A stretch of DNA of 64,000 nucleotides from Pristiophorus japonicus (taxonomy: Eukaryota), in assembly GCF_044704955.1 (NCBI RefSeq), contig NC_091993.1, positions 73,346,001-73,410,000 on the forward strand, read 5' to 3'. The translations under genes and the position numbers were made by a program. Every line of letters starts with the position of its first letter. Within the stretch, counting starts at the first letter, position 1. The notes below the pieces were generated by a model that worked only from the letters and a program-made list of their open reading frames with translations, was not told where the DNA came from and did no database searches. Shown here piece by piece: positions 51,374-64,000 of this stretch.

Positions 51374-54300
51374 TGTAAAGTCCTGTCCCCTCAGTACAGA
51401 TTCAAACGAGGCATATAGTGAAGTCAAGGTCACTCTGGACCTGCACCTTTATTTCACAGCTCTGGAATGCTGCACTTACCTGAGACCTGTCCTTATATAC
51501 CTGTCTCTTGCAAGTGCACCCCTGGTGGTAAGGTATGCTGGTGGTTACAGGTCATATCTTATTACAGTCATGTATAGCATGTTAGGATACAGTTATAGAT
51601 AATAATGTAAGATACATGACATCACGCTCCCCCAAGGTCTTATTGTCTTTATAGGTTCAGTCTCTCAGGTGGTCTACGCTCTCGCGTGGAGCGTCTGAGT
51701 TGTGGTTCAGTTGTTTGCCTTGGTGTCTGTTTTTCTTTGGGTGTGGTTGCTGGTATCTCGCCTGGGCTGTCTGTTTCGATTGGTGTGATTGTTGTTGACT
51801 CGCCTGGGCTATCTGTTGGGATTGCCCTTTCCTCAGGTTGTTCCCTCTGTCTGTCCACCAGGTGTGGTGCGAGTTCCAAATTGTAGTCTCCCTCTGGTTC
51901 CGCAGTGTTGTTGGTAAATCTGCTTTTAACTTGGTCTACATGCCTCCGGCAGGTTTTGCCATTGTCCATTTGTACTACCAGTAGCCTGTTTCCTTCCTTG
52001 CCCGTTACTGTCCCTGCAAGCCATTTAGTACAAACACTTTGTCCCCTGCCATAGTTTAGTACAAACACTTTGTCCCCGATCTCATTCCATCTCCCCCTCG
52101 AATTTCTGTCATGGTACTCAGTCAGCTTACGGCGCTTTGCCTCAACGATTTCGTGCATGTCTGGGAGGATTAATGAGAGCCTTGTTTTTAAAGTCCTTTT
52201 CATCAACAGTTGCGCGGGGGGATCCCAGTCAGTGAGTGCGGACGAGATCTGTAAGCCAGCAGCAGTCGCGACAGGCGACCCTGCAGCGTGGGACCTTGGA
52301 TTTTAAGCATGCCTTGTTTAATGATTTGCACTGTTCTCTCTGCCTGGCCGTTGGAGGCCGGCTTGAACAGTGCCGTCTTGACGTGATTTATGCCGTGGTC
52401 AATTATAAAGTCTTGGAATTCTGCACTGGTGAAGCATGGACCATTGTCACTGACCAATATGTCAGGGATTCCGTGCGTTACAAACATGGTTGCGAGGCTC
52501 TCCACAGTAGTGGAGGTTGTGCTCGAGTTTAAAATGATGCATTCGATCCACTTTGAAAATGCATCTACAACTATGAGGAACATTTTGCCCATGAATGGGC
52601 CCGCATTGTCTACGTGCACCCACGACCACGGTTTGGTAGGCCAGAGCCAGGGGCTCAGTGGAGCCTCCCTGGGGGCATTGCTGAGTTGGGCACAAATGGT
52701 GCACCTTCGGATGCAGAGCTCCAAGTCCGCGTCAATACCAGGCCACCAGATGTGGGATCTGACTATGGCCTTCATGAGAACGATCCCCGGGTGCTCGCGG
52801 TGGAGCTCCTGGACCAATGCCTCTCTGCCTCGCAGAGGCATGACTACTCGGCTGCCCCACATCAGGCAGCCTGCTTGTAGTGATAGCTCATGCATGCGCC
52901 TGCGAAAGGGTTTTAATTCCTCGGGGCAGGCATCGCGAGCCTCTGCCCAGTCACCGGTTAGGACACATCTTTTTACTAAGGATAACGTGGGGTTGCTGGC
53001 CGTCCAGGCTCTGATTTGGCGAGCTGTCATGGGCGAACCTGTGGACTCAAAGGCATTGATTGCCATGACTATCTCACAGTCCTGTTCGTCAGACCCTTCC
53101 GTGGTCACCAGGGGTAGCCTGCTGAGCGCATCGGCACAGTTGTCTGTGCCTGGTCTGTGCCTTATGGTATAGTCGTAGGACGCCAGCATGAGTGCCCACC
53201 GTTGAATTCGCACCGAGGCGTAGGCATTTATTGCCTTGCTCTCGGATAGGAGGGACGTGAGGGGCTTGTGGTCGGTTTCTAACACGAACTTGGCCCCGAA
53301 AAGGTATTGGTGCATCTTTTTGACACCGTACATGCACGCGAACGCTTCCTTCTCTACCATTCCGTACCCGCGCTCTGCCCGCGAAAGTGACCTGGAGGCA
53401 TAAGCTATGGGTTGTAATTTGCCCGCACTATTGACATGTTGCAAAACGCACCCGACCCCATACGCTGACGCATCGCATGTGAGAACTAGCTTTTTACCTG
53501 GGTCAAAGAAAGTCAAAACACTGTTGGAACACAGAAGGTTGCGTGCCTTATTGAAGGCGCGTTCCTGGGCGTCCCCCAAAACCAATTGCACCCCTTCCTG
53601 AGTAGCACGTGGAGAGGCTCCAGCAGCGTGCTTAAGTTCTGCATAAAGTTCCCAAAGTAATTGAGTAGCCCGAGAAAGGCGCGCAGTTCTGAGACATTCC
53701 GGGGCCTGGGTACCAGGCGAATTGCTTTTGTTTTGGACTCTGTTGGGTGGATTCCATCAGCGGCAATCCTTCTGCCCAAAAATTCAACCTTGGGTGCGAG
53801 AAACAGGCACTTGGATTTCTTGACTTGTAGGCCTACCCAATCCAACTGCTTTAGTACTTCCTCCAAATTACGGAGATGGGAGTCGGTGTCCCTGCCCGTG
53901 ATAAGTATGTCGTCTTGAAATACAACCGTCCCCGGGATGGACTTGAGCAGACTCTCCATGTTGCGCTGGAATATGGCAGCTGCCGACCTGATGCCGAACG
54001 GGCATCGATTGTACATGAAAAGGCTTCGATGTGTGTTGATGGTGGTGAGTAGCTTGGATTCCTCGGTCAATTCTTGCGTCATATACGCAGATGTAAGGTC
54101 TAATTTTGAGAAAAATTTACCTCCAGCCAATGTGGCAAATAAGTCCTCCGCTCTGGGCAGCGGGTATTGGTCCTGTAGGGAGACTCTGTTTATGGTAGAT
54201 TTGTAGTTCCCACAGATTTGTACGGATCCATCAGGCTTCATGACTTGGACGATGGGACTTGCCCAGTCGCTAAATTCCACAGGTGATATAATGCCTTCCC

Positions 54301-56112
54301 GCAGAAGCCTGTCTAGTTCATGTTCAATCTTTTCCCTCATCACATAGGGTACAGCTCTAGCCTTGTCTAGCATCCTGTGTGATGTAGATTTTGACTTTGG
54401 CACCTTTGAAAGTGCCCACACCTGGCTGAAAGAGATGTTCAAATCGCTTTATAACTGTTGAGCAGGAGGTCCGTTCCTCTAATGATATGGCATGGACATC
54501 ATCCCATTTCCAGTTTAGTTTTGCCAGCCAGCTTCTTCCCAGCAGTGCTGGGGGGTCTCCGGGGACAATCCACAGGGGAAGTCGATTCACTGTCCCTTTG
54601 TGTGTGACAGAGACCATGGCGCTGCCGAGGACTGGTACGATTTCTTTGGTATAGGTCCTTAGTTTGGTGTCGACCCTTGTGAGTTTTGGTCTGTCTCTTT
54701 TATGCGGCCACAGTTGTTCAAATTGTTGAGCGCCCATGAGAGATTGACTCGTTCCCGTATCCAGCTCCATGTTGACAGATATCCCGTTGAGTAGGACCCT
54801 CATCATTATAGGAGGCATCCTGTTGTAGGAGCAGCGGCCATTGATCGTGTTGACCTGCTGTACATCGGTGTCCCGGGTACTGTCCCCACCATTTTCTGGT
54901 CCGCTTTCCAACCCATCCGATTCGTATACCAGCCGAGCTGCCGTTTTTTTGCACATGCGGGCCAAATATTCACAATTTCTGCAAACAGCCTGCTGAAATC
55001 GACATCCCCTTGACGAGTGCCCACCCCCACACCTCCAGCACAGATCTGTTCCATTGTTCAAATTGTTTCCAAAGAATGAGCTGTGTCTGGCTGATCTCTC
55101 TTGAGCTTCTCTCAGTTTGTAGTTGATTGCTCGCATTGTGGGTTGATGAGGTGTGAATGGCCGTTCCTGTGGCCCTTGATGGCTTCTGCCTGCTGTCGAG
55201 AGCCTGTTCTCCCGGTTTTGTCTGTGTGTGGGGGTAGCAGCTTGTTTGGTGCTGTGAACTTCTTGTTCCGATATTTCGTTAGTTGTTGTACCTGCATTGT
55301 AAATCAACCTTGTTTCTTCTTCCCCTACCAAGAATGTCTGTGCAACCAGTGCTGCTGCCTCTAAGGTCAGGTTCTTGGTCTCTATGAGCTTTTGGAATAT
55401 GCCTGTGTGGCCTATTCCTTCAATGAAAAAGTCTCTCAGCATTTTTCTCCTCAGTTCATCAGAGAACTCACATAAACTAGCCAACCTCCGAAGTTCCGCC
55501 ATGAAGTGGGGTATGCTGTGGCCCACACAGTGTCTGTAGTTGTAGAACCTGTGTCTGGCCATGTGTAGGCTGCTCGCTGGCTTCAGGTGGTCTCTTACCA
55601 GTGTGCTCAATTCTTCAAACGACTTGCTTGCTGGTTTCTCGGGTGCCAACAGATCCTTCATTAAAGCGTATGTTTTCGAGCCACAGTTGGTCAAGAGATG
55701 GACTCTTCTCTTGTCTGCCTTATCGTCGCCTAACCAGTCTTTGGTTACAAAGCTTTGCTGGAGCCTTCCTGTAAAGTCCTCCCAATTGTCTCCCGCATTG
55801 TACTTTTCATCTGATCCGTTGATCGCCATTCTGTGGATTCTGTAATCCCGTAACTCGTTGCCACTGTAAAGTCCTGTCCCCTCAGTACAGATTCACACGA
55901 GGCATATACTGAAGTCAAGGTCACTCTGGACCTGCACCTTTATTTCACAGCTCTGAAATGCTGCACTTGCCTGAGACCTGTCCTTATATACCTGTCTCTT
56001 GCAAGTGCACTCCTGGTGATAAGGTATGCTGGTGGTTACAGGTCATATCTTATTACAGTCATGTATAGCATGTTAGGATACAGTTATATATAATAATGTA
56101 AGATACATGCCA
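51374..56112 (-). mobile_element. Full-length Gypsy (Mag-like) LTR retrotransposon, frameshifted
   Basis: 248-bp TG..CA LTRs at 51374-51621 and 55865-56112 (8 differences by eye). TSD GATAC. PBS TGGCAACGAG. PPT TTGGGGGAG. Confidence 0.97.
51649..55829 (-). pseudogene. gag-pol (CCHC gag, protease, RT, RNase H, integrase) in four frameshifted ORFs
   Basis: CWRCGGGHSSRGC, ELDTG, KLDLTSAY, CPFG, FQDD, LTCDAS, ETDHKPL, VHVD..VSDNG..AER, terminal LRRSTRERRPPERL. Confidence 0.95.
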
Positions 56113-56298
56113 GATACCTTTGGTAATTCCGAATGCATGGAGCTAATGTAAGTATGAATGGGAATATCCTGTACCCCAAAGCACAGAAACACTGAAAATA
56201 CATTTTTAAAAACACATTACATATAAAAAATTAATTCAAATGGAATTTAATTAAATATTTTACACTGAAAAATTTGCAGGGGGGGAGAATTTATTTTT

Positions 56299-57049
56299 GG
56301 CCTAAAATTCCAGTTGGTGGCTTCCTTCAGATGAAGGCCTCCGACCCGAAATGTTTCTACGAATGTACTTGGTGGTCCGGAAGGCGCCTTCGATTGCGGT
56401 CGGAGGCCTAGGTTTGACGTGTAGCATACAGGGAGAGGACTTCCTCGTACGCACAAAAAAGCTGGAGTCACATGGGCCTGGACCACCAATCACGGTGCAA
56501 TATTCCCATTGATAATAATGGAATCTCCATTTGTACGAGTTCCCATTGCTATCAATGAGAATAACCTCCTAAAACACCCAAACACAGCATAATAAATAAA
56601 AAAAAAACACTTCACATATTTAAAATTAATTGAAATTAAAGTTAATGAAATATTTTAGAAAAAGTATATATTTTTTGGATAAAATAAAATTGTGTTTTAA
56701 TAGAGTTTAAAATAAACTTACCTTAATGGATAGGGTTTTTACTCTAAAAATGTGTATTTAAACTTAATTTTTATATGTTTTAAAACTCAAACGCTGGTGA
56801 AAATAGGCAATGCACCTGCTTTCATCAGGCGCAAGAGTTTGAAGGACATTCGCTGGACAAGAGTTGGGCAGATAGCTCAATCTCACCTGCGTGAATGTCC
56901 TTCTCCCGGGGATGCGGAGGATCTGTCAAGAGAAATCTTGACAGATCGGAAAAGCCGTTTTTCGGCGCATGCGCATTGCGCGTCAAAAACCGGCTATTGC
57001 AAGGGCTCGCCGGGTCCATACGTATTCCTTACAGCAGGATTTTACCCCC
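56299..57049. mobile_element. Harbinger-type MITE nested in a related MITE
   Basis: Starts GGCCTAAAATTCC and ends GGATTTTACCCC; body is homologous to 37626-38231. Confidence 0.7.
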
Positions 57050-57527
57050 AATATGTTTTAACAGGGCTAAAAATAAACTTACCCTAATGGACAGGGTTTT
57101 TAATATATAAATGAGTGATAACATTTTATTTTTAAATTTTTTAACTCTTACGCTGGTAAAAGCAAGACTTAAGCAGGCCCTTTTCCTTCGCATGTGTGCG
57201 ATCTGCCAAAAGGATTTTGGACGGATCACAAGTGCCGGGTTTAGGCACATGCGCTTTGCGTATCTAAACCTGGAATTTGTGAAGACCCCACGGGTGGGTG
57301 CGCACTTTGTACCTGCCCATGAGAGCACGATTTCAGGCCCATTACTTTTTTTTTGCCCTAACGAAATATGGTAGCACCCATTCTCAAATTGGCACAGTCC
57401 CACAGTGCGCAGTGCAGTACAGTGAGGTCACTGGTAAGTGGATGACGATTGGAAGCTATCAGCAACAGCGTGATGTTTGAAAAAGCCGAGTCATTATTAA
57501 GCAGCTCATGGAGGTGAAGGACACCCG

Positions 57528-58051
57528 TGGAGACAGACAATGGTCCGTGGGATAGTCCCAATAACTCACCTGGAGACAAACAATGGTCCGTGGGATAGTC
57601 CCAATAACTCACCTGGAGACAAACAATGGTTCGTGGGATAGTCCCAATAACTCACCTGGAGACAAACAATGGTCCGTGGGATAGTCCCAATAACTCACCT
57701 GGAGACAAACAATGGTCCGTGGGATAGTCCCAGTAACTCACCTGGAGACAGACAATGGTCCGTGGAGATAGTCCCAATAACTCACCTGGAGACAGACAAT
57801 GGTCCGTGGGATAGTCCCAATAACTCAACTGGAGACAGACAATGGTCCGTGGGATACTCCCAGTAATTCACCTGGAGACAGACAATGGTCTGTGGATAGT
57901 CCCAATAACTCACCTGGAGACAAACAATGGTCCATGGGATAGTCCCAATAACTCACCTGGAGACAGACAATGGTCCGTGGGATAGTCCCAGGAATTCACC
58001 TGGAGACAGACACTGGTCCGTGGATATTTCCAATAACTCAGCTGGAGACAG
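57528..58051. repeat. 43-bp minisatellite, about 12 units
   Basis: Unit TGGAGACA(G/A)ACAATGGTCCGTGGGATAGTCCCAATAACTCACC starts at 57528, 57571, 57614, 57657, 57700, 57743, 57787, 57830, 57873, 57915, 57958, 58001. Confidence 0.97.
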
Positions 58052-59318
58052 TAAGGCCACAACTCCTGGTGAGTCACAGTTCCCCTTGGTGGGAAGATGG
58101 TCATGGACAGGTTTCACTATACCTGGAACTAATGCCAGGGGTGATCATTGTAGGCAGTTATCACAGACCTTAATCTGGCCATTAGGTACTTGGAATCAAT
58201 CCCAGAGATGTTCAGAGAGGTATGTCTGTACCTGCAACCAGTGCAGAAAGTGATCGTATAGAATAGTATCATTGCACCTGAATGAATCCCAGAGGTTCTT
58301 GTTGGGTTTCAGTATAGTTATGTTTTGTTACATCAAGAGTTAAACAAGCATGTTTTCAGCTGCCTGTCATATGGTAAGGAAGGTTATCAAACTGTAAAAA
58401 TGTAATCTGTTGCCTGAAGCTACTTCAAATAGAACACATAAATGTCAGACCCATCTTAAAACATTTTCTCCCTGGAACACAGTCATACATAATCCTATTA
58501 TGCCTATTTGGATCTCATACTTTGGGATTTCAGTATTTTCATTACCTGGCTGGGTGACTTTGAAAGCGAGGTAATAGCTCCTGTATGTCATGCTGATAGC
58601 TCTGCTTTTATAGAAACAGTTAGACCTTTAAAAAATAACCAGGCTCCCTCATTACCTTTTCATCTGTTTCTGCTGTAATGTAGCACTTCTCAGCTAGATC
58701 TTTCAGGCTTTTGGTGGATAAACATGCGGCTTTGGAACTGAAACATCAAAAGTCTGCTTCGTTCCATTGTTAGAAAAGTCTGTGTACATTTCTGAACATA
58801 CTCCTGAGACTTGTAAGAATGATTTATGATATTCACACCTCCCATGTTAAGTGTTAGAGTAGAATTCGTAGACCTGAATACACTTTAACAGAAATGCACA
58901 CACAGACTATCTCTCTCACAGAGATATTTTATTTAACCATTAACACACAGATTGAATAAGATACACATCTAGACCTGACCTGGGAATTTCTAATGCCCAG
59001 TTGGCCAAACCAACGATCATCCGAAGTCTGCTGAATTCTTTAGATGTCTTCTCTTCTTTAGACCAGGACACGTTTGTCCTTGCTGACTGCAGTAAAAAAA
59101 ACCTAGATATTGTCAGTTCCTATATTTTTCTGAGCTCAGATTATTTTTGTGGTATTCATGTGTATGCCCCAATGGTTGGCTCATTCGAGCATGACTTTTC
59201 TCCTTGTTCATGATTGGGTCAAAGTTTAGTGGGGTTACTTCATCATACTTGTCACTTGTTGCAGTCTAATGAGGGTCTTATCTCAAGACCGTGGTGGCCG
59301 GTCCCACTGGTTCCATAG

Positions 59319-62300
59319 TATTATTTATGTGGACTTGTATTTACTCTGTACAGCCACCAGAGGGCTCATCCCCTGGAGTCCCAAGGGATCCCATAATCCC
59401 TTGGGAGCACAGGTATTTAAGGAGGCTTCACAGGTTGGAGAAGCACTCTGGAGACCAGCTTTGAGCTCACAGTGTTCAGTCTGACTCTTTCTCCATACAC
59501 AACAACTGGCGATGAGATACAGATAGCGAACCCAAAGATGCAGACCACAGTGGGCATCCTGGAGAAATTTTCGGTGGGAGGTGATAGGGAAACTTTTGTG
59601 CAGTGACTCGATCAATACTTCGTGGCCAACGAGCTAGATGGGGAAGAGAACGCTGCCAAATGAAGGGCGATCGTTCTCACCATCTGTGGGTCACCAATGT
59701 ATGGCCTTATGAAGAATCTGCTCACTTCAGCAAAACCCACGGAGAAATCGTACGACAATTTGTGCACACTGGTGCAAGAGCATTTGAACCCGAAGGAAAG
59801 CATTCTGATGGCGAGGTATCCGTTCTACACCTACAAAAAGTCTGAAGGCCAGGAAGTGGCGAATTATGTCGCCGAGCTAAGACATTGCGAATTTGAAGGA
59901 CATTTGGAGCACATGCTCAGAGACTTTTTCATACTTGACATTGGCCACGAAACCATACTTCGCAAACTTTTGACTGCAGAGACTCCAACCTTGAGTAAGG
60001 CCATAGTGATAGCCCAGGCGTTCATTGCCACCAGTGACAATACGAAGCAAATTTCTCAGCACAGAAGTGCTACTACAAATACTGTGAACAAAGTGATGTT
60101 GTTTTCGAATCGTAACGTACAGGGCAGGTCACACATACTTGCAGCTGCATGTCCGCAGATGTCTCAGAGTCCACCATCAAGGGTGATGAATGCAAGGCCA
60201 TTAACACCTTGTTGGCGCTATGGAGGTGATCATCATTTCCATTCATGCCGATTCAAAGAGTACGTTTGCAAGGGCTGTGGAACAATGGGACACCTCCAAT
60301 GAGTGCGCAGACAAGCTGCAAAGCCTATTAAACCTGCAAACCACCATGTTGCAGAGGAGGACAGATCCACGGAGGATCACGATGAACCAGAGCCTCAGAT
60401 AGAGGAGGCAGAGATACATGGGGTGCACACATTCACCATGAATTGTTCCCTGATAATGCTGAATGTTGAACTAAATGGACTCCCGGTGTCAATGGAGCTG
60501 GAAACGGGCGCGAGCCAGTTCATCGTGGGCAAAAAGACTTTCGAAAGGTTGTGGTGCAACAAGGCCTCAAGGTCAGTCTTAACTCCAGTTCGCACGAAAC
60601 TAAGAACTTACACTAAAGAACTGATTCCTGTAATTGGCAGTACTGCCGTAAAGGTCTCCTAAGATGGAACAGTGCACAAGCTACCACTCTGGGTGGTACC
60701 GGGCAATGGTCCCACGCTGCTCGGCAGGAGCTGGTTAGGAAAGATACGCTGGAACTGGGACGATGTCCGAGTGCTATCGCCCGCTGACGACACTTCATGT
60801 GCCCAGGTCTTAAACAAATTTCTTTCGCTGTTCAAACTAGGCATCGGCAAATTCCAAGGAGCAAAAGTGCAGATCCACCTAATTCCGGGGGCGCGATCCA
60901 TCCATCACAAGGCGAGAGCAGTACCGTACATGATGAGAGAAAGGGTATAGATCGAGCTAGACCGGCTGCAAATAGAGGGCATAATTTCCCCGATCGAGTT
61001 CAGCAAATGGGCCAGTCCTATTGTCCCTGTCCTCAAGGGAGACGGCACCATCAGAATCTGTGGTGATTACAAAGTAACTATCAACCGTTTCTCCCTGCAG
61101 GACCAATATCCACTACCAAAGCCCGATGACCTCTTTGCAACACTGGTGGGAGGAAAGACATTCACGCAGCTGGATCTGACTTCAGCCTACATGATGCAGG
61201 AACTGGAGGACTTGTCGAAGGCCCTCACCTGCATCAACACGCACAAAGGTCTTTTTGTTTATAACAGATGCCCGTTTGGAATCCGATCAGCGGCAACGAT
61301 ATTCCAGAGAAACATGGAAAGTTTACTGAAGTCAGTCCCACACACCGTGGTCTTCGAGGACAACATCTTGGTCACAGGCCGGAACACAGTCGAGCATCTG
61401 CAGAACCTGGAGGAGGTTCTTAGTCGACTCAACTGCGTGGGGCTCAGGTTAAAACGCTCGAAGTGCATTTTCCTGGCGCCTGAAGTGGAGTTCTTGGGAA
61501 GGAGGATTGCGGCGGATGGCATCAGGCCCACCAATGCGAAGACAGAGGCAATCGAGAATGCACCGAGGCCACAGAACGTGATGGAGCTGTGGTCGTTTCT
61601 GCGACTCTTGAACTACTTTGGTAACTTCTTACCGGGTCTCAGCACACTGTTAGAACCACTGCATGTCTTACTACGAAAAAGGGGATGAATGGGATTGGGG
61701 CAAAAGCCATGAAAATGCCTTTGTAAAAGCGAGAAAATTGTTATGCTAAAACAAATTGCTTGTGTTGTATGATCCATGGAAGCGTTTGGTACTAGCATGT
61801 GATACGTCGTCATATGGCGTCGGGTGTGTATTGCAACAAGCTATCGATTTCGGGAAACCGGTTGCTTATGCATCCAGGATTCTGTCTAAGGCTAAGAGAG
61901 CCTACAGCATGATTGGAAAAGAAGTGTCAGCGTGTGTCTATAGGGTAAAGAAAATGCATCAATACCTGTTTGGGCTAAAATTCGTATTGGAAACTGACCG
62001 TAAGCCACTTATATCCCTGTTTTCCGAGAGTATAGGGATAAATACCTGCATCCAGAGATGGCGGTCATGTTGTCCGCATACAACTACGCCATCCGCCACA
62101 GGCCAGGCACAGAAAACTGTGCCGATGCTCTCAGCAGGCTGTCATTGCCCACCACGGGGGTGGAAATGGCGCAGCCCGCAGATCTAGCCATGGTTATGGA
62201 TGCATTTGAGAGTGAGAAATCACCCATCACTGCCCGGCAGATCAAAACCTGGACAAGCCAGGACACCTTATTATCTCTAGTCAAAAGCTGTGTGCTTCAC

Positions 62301-63680
62301 GAGAGCTGGTCCAGTGTCCCAGTGGAAATGCAGGAAAAGATAAAGCCGTTCCAGCGGCGCAAAGATGAAATGTCTATACGGCAGACTGTCTTCTGTGGGG
62401 CAATTGAGTAGTGGTCCCCAAGAAGGGCAGAGACACTTTCATCAATGGCCTCCACAATACCCACCCAGGCATTGTAATGATGAAAGCGATAGCCAGATCC
62501 CACGTGTGGTGGCCCGGTATCGATGCGGATTTAGAGTCCTGCTTTCACAGATGTAATACATGCTCACTGTTAAGCAATGTACCCAGGGAGGCGCCGCTAA
62601 GTTTATGGTCTTGGCCTTCCAAATGGTGGTCTAGGGTACACGTCGACTATGCAGGCCCGTTCTTGGGCAAAATGTTCCTTGTGGTTGTAGACGCATACTT
62701 GATATAATGTGATATAATGTCGGCAACACATCCGCTGCCACTACTGAAAGCCGGTGGGCCATGTTTGCCACATACGGCTTACCCGATGTCCTGGTGAGCA
62801 ACAACGGGCCATGTTTTACCAGTGCTGAGTTCAAAGAATTCAGATACGTAACGGGATCAAACATGTCACATCTACCCCGTTTAAACCAGCGTCCAATGGT
62901 CAGGCAGAGAGAGCAGTGCAAACCATCAAGCAAGGCTTGAAGAGGGAACTGAAGGCTCACTGCAGATTCGCCCATCCGAGTCCTGCTTAGCTACCGCACA
63001 AGACCCCACTCGCTCACTGGGATCCCACCTGCTGAACTGCTCATGAAAAGAGCACTTAAGACAAGGCTGTCGTTAGTTCACCTTGATCTACATGAACAGG
63101 TAGAGAGCAGACACTTCAACAAAGTGCATACCATGATAGAGCAAATGTGTCATGCAAGATTGAAATCAATGATCCTGTATTCGTATTAAATTATGGACAA
63201 GGTCCCAAGTGACTTCCCGGAACTGCCATGGCCAAAGAGGGGAGCAGGGTGTTTTGGGTCAAACTTTCAAATGGACTCATTCACTGGAAACACTTGGACC
63301 AAATCAAACTCAGATTTACGGACTATCCTGAGCAACCCATCTTGGACCTTACCTTTTTTGATCCCCCAACATACACACCAGTGGCAACCAGCACCACGGT
63401 TGACCACGAAGCAGAACCCATCATCCACAGCAGCCCTGCAGGGCCCAACAAATGATTCAACAACACCAGCTTTCACACCGAGACGATCAACCAGGGCAAG
63501 AAGGGCCCCAGATCGACTCACATTATAAATAGTTGCACTATTGACTTTGGGGGGGAGCACAGGTATTTAAGAAGGCTTCACAGGTTGGAGAGGCACTCTG
63601 AAGACCTGCAATAAAAGACTAAGGTCACACTTTACTTTGAGCTCACAGTGTTCAGTCTGACTCTTTCTCCTTACACAACA
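59319..63680 (+). mobile_element. Decayed Gypsy (Mag-like) LTR retrotransposon
   Basis: 5' LTR 59319-59504, PBS TGGCGATGAG, partial 3' LTR ~63553-63680, TSD CATAG (59314-59318 / 63681-63685). Gag, protease, RT, RNase H and integrase fragments with many stops. Confidence 0.95.
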
Positions 63681-63702
63681 CATAGCAATCACAGATTTGT
63701 CG

Positions 63703-64000
63703 TAGAATCATAGAAATTTACAGCACGGAAGGAGGCTACTTTGGCTGCGCCTGCCGACCAAGAGCTATCCAGTCTAATTCCACTTTCCAGCTCTTGGTCC
63801 GTAGCCCTGTAAGTGCACATCCAAATATTTTTTAAATATGGTGAGGCTTTCTGCCACTACCACCCTTTCAAGCAGTGAGTTCCAGACCACCACTACCCTC
63901 TGGGTGAAGAAATTTCCCTTCATATCTCCTCTAAACCTCTCCCCAATTACTTCAAATCTATGCCCCCTGGTTTTTTACCCTTCTACCAAGGGAAACAGGT
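63703..64000 (-). mobile_element. CR1 LINE 3' end (continues past the window)
   Basis: TAGAATCATAGAA tail; GAGTTCCAGACC..ACCCTCTGGGTGAAGAAA; similar to 5077-5700. Confidence 0.85.

Larger units (their letters stand above)
51156..57340. mobile_element. Harbinger-type MITE hosting a Gypsy and a second MITE
   Basis: Ends GGCCCAGAAATTGC / ACGATTTCAGGCCC. Pieces 51156-51373, 56113-56298 and 57050-57340 are colinear with the 37626 copy. Confidence 0.7.

Noticed and set aside
54357-54442. Programmed gag/pol frameshift
   Set aside because: Comparison with the sister element (ARSIHHKARAV) shows a short deletion after the protease; it is a mutation, not recoding.
57528-58051. CRISPR-like array with a palindromic repeat
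   Set aside because: Units are contiguous with no unique spacers, there are no cas genes, and the context is vertebrate.

Overview
Eukaryotic, transposon-dense window with no prokaryotic features. It is most likely intronic or intergenic DNA of a cartilaginous fish (shark). This is inferred from Deu-domain SacSINE1-like SINEs, CR1 LINEs with an SGNH-esterase ORF1 and abundant Harbinger MITEs. Most listed ORFs are transposon fragments or spurious. Supported content: two near-complete degenerate Gypsy (Mag-like) LTR retrotransposons with 5-bp TSDs (51374-56112 minus; 59319-63680 plus); a truncated third Gypsy (25475-26214) and a rearranged solo LTR of its family (32781-33000); two decayed hAT transposons with TIRs and 8-bp TSDs; Harbinger transposase and Myb remnants with MITEs; CR1, L2, RTE, Tx1 and Jockey/CR1-group LINE fragments; several SINEs; and a 43-bp minisatellite. 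No host gene could be named; a few small candidate exons are low confidence. I see no convincing new biological system. The most unusual structures are a solo LTR with two inverted U5 ends inside a perfect TSD, a SINE with a twin-priming-type 5' inversion, an unclassified CCAAT/GA-microsatellite element present twice, and reciprocal deletions in the two LTRs of one Gypsy. All alignments were done by eye.
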